A stretch of 64,000 nucleotides of DNA, taken from Escherichia phage vB_Eco_NicPhage. Location of the stretch: sequence record OY726582, one strand, 5' to 3'. The position numbers and the translations under genes are program-made. Of this stretch, positions 61,089 through 64,000 are shown in pieces; within the stretch, counting starts at the first letter, position 1, and each line of letters begins with the position of its first letter. Below the pieces are notes generated by a model. It searched no databases. It was not told the DNA's origin and saw only the letters and a list, made by a program, of their open reading frames with translations.

Positions 61089-64000
61089 ATGGCTACATTA
61101 AAACAGATACAATTTAAAAGAAGCAAAGTAGCAGGAGTTAATCCTACTGCAGCACAATTAGCCGAAGGCGAATTAGCGATAAACTTAAAAGATCGAACTC
61201 TTTTTACTAAAGATGACCTCGGTAATATCATTGACTTAAGCATTTCTGCTGGCGGTAATATCAGTGGAAACGTAACTATTGATGGAACTTTACGCGTCAA
61301 TGGACCAATAAACAATTTTGGAAATTTTTCCACAAGTGGCCAGATTACCTCTGGTGGTAGTATTTCAGCTCAAGTTTTTAGAGCATTGCAAGGTTCGTTT
61401 TATACAAGAGCTTCAACCGGTGAAACAGCAAATGCTCATTTATGGTTTGAAAATGCTGATGGCACTGAACGAGGCGTTATGTATGCCCGTCCTCAAACTA
61501 CAACTGATGGTGAAATACGCCTTAGGGTTAGACAAGGAACAGGAAGCACTACTAATAGTGAATTCTATTTCCGCTCTATAAATGGAGGCGAATTTCAGGC
61601 TAACCGTATTTTAGCATCAGATTCGTTAGTAACTAAACGCATTGCAGTTGATACAGTTATTCACGGTGGCAAAGCCTTTGGTGTATATGATACAGATTCA
61701 TTAGTTAACTATGTATACCCAGGCACCGGTGAAACGAATGGTGTAAACTATCTTCGTAGAGTTCGTGCCAAATCCGGTGGCACTATGTGGCATGAGCTTT
61801 GTACTGCTCAATTAGGCCAAGCTGATGAAATGTCTTGGTGGACAGGTAATACTCCACAGTCAAAACAGTATGGTATTCGTAATGATGGTCGAATGGCTGG
61901 CCGTAATAGCCTTGCATTAGGTACATTCACTACAGATTTCCCGTCTAGCGATTATGGTAACGTCGGTGTAATGGGCGATAAGTATCTTGTTCTCGGTGAC
62001 ACTGTAACAGGTCTGAAATATATTAAACAAGGAGTTTATGATTTAGTTGGCGGTGGTTATTCTGTTGCTTCTATTACTCCTGACAGTTTCCGTAGTACTC
62101 GTAAAGCGTTATTTGGACGTTCAGAAGACCAAGGCACTACATGGATTATGCCTGGTACTAATGCTGCATTTTTATCAGTCCAAACTCAAGCGGATGTGAA
62201 TAACGCAGGGGACGGTCGGACGCATATTGGCTATAACTCAGGCGGAAAAATGAACCACTATTTCCGTGGTAAAGGCAAAACTAATATTAATACTCAAGAA
62301 GGCATGGAAGTTAACCCGGGTATTTTGAAATTGGTAACTGGCTCTAATAATGTAATGTTTTATGCTGATGGCGGTATTACATCTGTTAAGCAGCTTTCAA
62401 TATATAATGGCATATATTTAGCAGCTAATAATTCTACTGCTGGGCTAACATTCGCTCCAACTACTACAATTGATGGCACTAAGCAAATTTTGTGGGAAGG
62501 CGGTACTCGTGCTGGTCAGAATAAAAGCTATGTAACTGTTAAAGCATGGGGTAATTCATTTAACGCATCCGGCGATCGTAATCGTGAAACTGTATTTGAA
62601 GTTAGTGACGGGCAAGGATATTATTTTTATTCACAGCGTGTGGCTCCAAGTGGCTCTGAAACTACTGGGCCTGTTGTAACCCAGTTCAATGGACAAGTTA
62701 ATGCTAGAGGAAGTATTATTACTGACGGAAGTCTTAGAGTTAACGGATTAAGTACATTATCCGGACAAGTTACTATGGATAACGGGCTTGTTTTATCCGG
62801 CGGTGGTTCTATTACCGGTCAAGTTAAAATCGGTAATACCGCAGATGCTTTCCGTATTTACAATGCTGAATATGGAGCTATTTTCCGTCGTTCTGAAGCG
62901 TCTTTGCATATTATACCTACACTTAAAGATGCAGGTGAAAGTGGTGGTATTTCTAACCTTCGCCCATTGAGTGTTTCTCTTAACAACGGTATGGTTCAAA
63001 TGCGCCATTCTGTTACGTTAGGTGATGATGGTGCTGGCGGTAATATGGTGACCGTTGATAATGATAATAAACTTGTTGTTATAACTAGTCATAGTCGCAT
63101 TTCTCCTAATTACCGTATGCAATTAGGACAATCGGCATATATCGACGCTGAATGTACTGATACTGCACGACCTGCTGGAGCCGGTTCTTTTGCTTCACAA
63201 AATAATGAAAACGTTCGTGCTCCGTTCTATATGAATATTGATAGAACAGATACAAGCACTTATGTTCCTATTGTGAAACAAAGATACGTTCAAAATAATA
63301 GTTGCTATTCTATTGGTACTTTAATTAATGGTGGTAACTTTAGAGTTCATTATCACGAAGGTGGTGACGGCGTTTCTACTGGTGCTGTTATAAAGGATCT
63401 TGGATGGGAATTTAATAAAAACGGTGATTTTTATTCTCCTGGTAAATTAGGCGCTGGTAATGTTCGTATTGGTACTGATGGTAATATCACTGGTGGTTCT
63501 GGTAATTTTGCTAACTTGAATACAACAATAAATAACCTTAAGACGGATATTGTCTCAAGTTATCCTATTGGTGCTCCGATTCCTTGGCCTACTGATACAC
63601 CTCCTGAAGGTTATGCCATAATGGAAGGTCAAACATTTGATGCTGACTTGTATCCTAAGTTAGCTGCGGTGTATCCTTCCGGCACTCTGCCTGATATGCG
63701 TGGTCAAACTATCAAGGGTAAACCATCTGGGCGTGCTGTATTGAGTACAGAAGCAGACGGTGTTAAGTCACATAGCCATAGTGCAAGTGCATCAAGCACA
63801 GATTTGGGTACTAAGACCACTTCTAGTTTTGATTACGGTAGCAAAACGACTTCAAGCTTTGATTATGGTACTAAGACCAGTAATACCACTGGCAACCATA
63901 ACCATACAGTGAGTGGTAATACTAGTGCCGCTGGTAACCACCAGCACTCACAGACAGGCCCAAGAGGACCTAGTAACCAACCGACCGGGATATTTCCTAA
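61089..64000 (+). CDS. 37: long tail fibre distal subunit gp37 (receptor-binding), 3' end beyond window
   Basis: Frame open from ATG at 61089 ([43 protein letters not shown]) at least through 63837 where I checked it; His-x-His motifs (NHNH, NHQH) near the window end. Confidence 0.9.
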   Translation, partial: MATLKQIQFKRSKVAGVNPTAAQLAEGELAINLKDRTLFTKDDLGNIIDLSISAGGNISGNVTIDGTLRVNGPINNFGNFSTSGQITSGGSISAQVFRALQGSFYTRASTGETANAHLWFENADGTERGVMYARPQTTTDGEIRLRVRQGTGSTTNSEFYFRSINGGEFQANRILASDSLVTKRIAVDTVIHGGKAFGVYDTDSLVNYVYPGTGETNGVNYLRRVRAKSGGTMWHELCTAQLGQADEMSWWTGNTPQSKQYGIRNDGRMAGRNSLALGTFTTDFPSSDYGNVGVMGDKYLVLGDTVTGLKYIKQGVYDLVGGGYSVASITPDSFRSTRKALFGRSEDQGTTWIMPGTNAAFLSVQTQADVNNAGDGRTHIGYNSGGKMNHYFRGKGKTNINTQEGMEVNPGILKLVTGSNNVMFYADGGITSVKQLSIYNGIYLAANNSTAGLTFAPTTTIDGTKQILWEGGTRAGQNKSYVTVKAWGNSFNASGDRNRETVFEVSDGQGYYFYSQRVAPSGSETTGPVVTQFNGQVNARGSIITDGSLRVNGLSTLSGQVTMDNGLVLSGGGSITGQVKIGNTADAFRIYNAEYGAIFRRSEASLHIIPTLKDAGESGGISNLRPLSVSLNNGMVQMRHSVTLGDDGAGGNMVTVDNDNKLVVITSHSRISPNYRMQLGQSAYIDAECTDTARPAGAGSFASQNNENVRAPFYMNIDRTDTSTYVPIVKQRYVQNNSCYSIGTLINGGNFRVHYHEGGDGVSTGAVIKDLGWEFNKNGDFYSPGKLGAGNVRIGTDGNITGGSGNFANLNTTINNLKTDIVSSYPIGAPIPWPTDTPPEGYAIMEGQTFDADLYPKLAAVYPSGTLPDMRGQTIKGKPSGRAVLSTEADGVKSHSHSASASSTDLGTKTTSSFDYGSKTTSSFDYGTKTSNTTGNHNHTVSGNTSAAGNHQHSQTGPRGPSNQPTGIFP

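Overview
This 64 kb window is a contiguous segment of a T4-like (Tevenvirinae) myovirus genome. It is syntenic with coliphage T4 but not identical to it; all protein identifications rest on by-eye comparison of the supplied translations with remembered T4 proteins, gene order and ORF length, with no database search run. Layout: plus-strand late structural block (end of neck gene 13, then 14, 15, terminase 16/17, sheath 18, tube 19, portal 20, core 67/68, protease 21, scaffold 22, major capsid 23, vertex 24); minus-strand rnlB-hoc-inh; plus-strand uvsW/uvsW.1; minus-strand uvsY and baseplate 25/26; plus-strand baseplate hub 51-27-28-29-48-54; a long minus-strand early/middle block (alt, ligase 30, 30.x ORFs, rIII, 31, cd, pseT, spanins, alc, rnlA, denA, nrdB, nrdA, td, frd, 32, 59, 33, dsbA, rnh); then plus-strand long tail fibre genes 34-35-36 and the first 2.9 kb of 37. 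Departures from the T4 template worth a second look: a perfect 127-bp tandem duplication that frameshifts gene 15; an aroG-like DAHP synthase gene coupled to the cd operon; an early ORF split by an in-frame TGA; two free-standing GIY-YIG homing endonuclease genes; an orphan early gene between capsid genes 23 and 24; a NADAR-like gene near alt; intron-less td and nrdB; a reiterated UUCG-tetraloop hairpin; and a stereotyped early-promoter family. No tRNA, rRNA or CRISPR array was found. I did not find a single clearly novel multi-gene system; the DAHP synthase and the gene 15 duplication are the strongest candidates.
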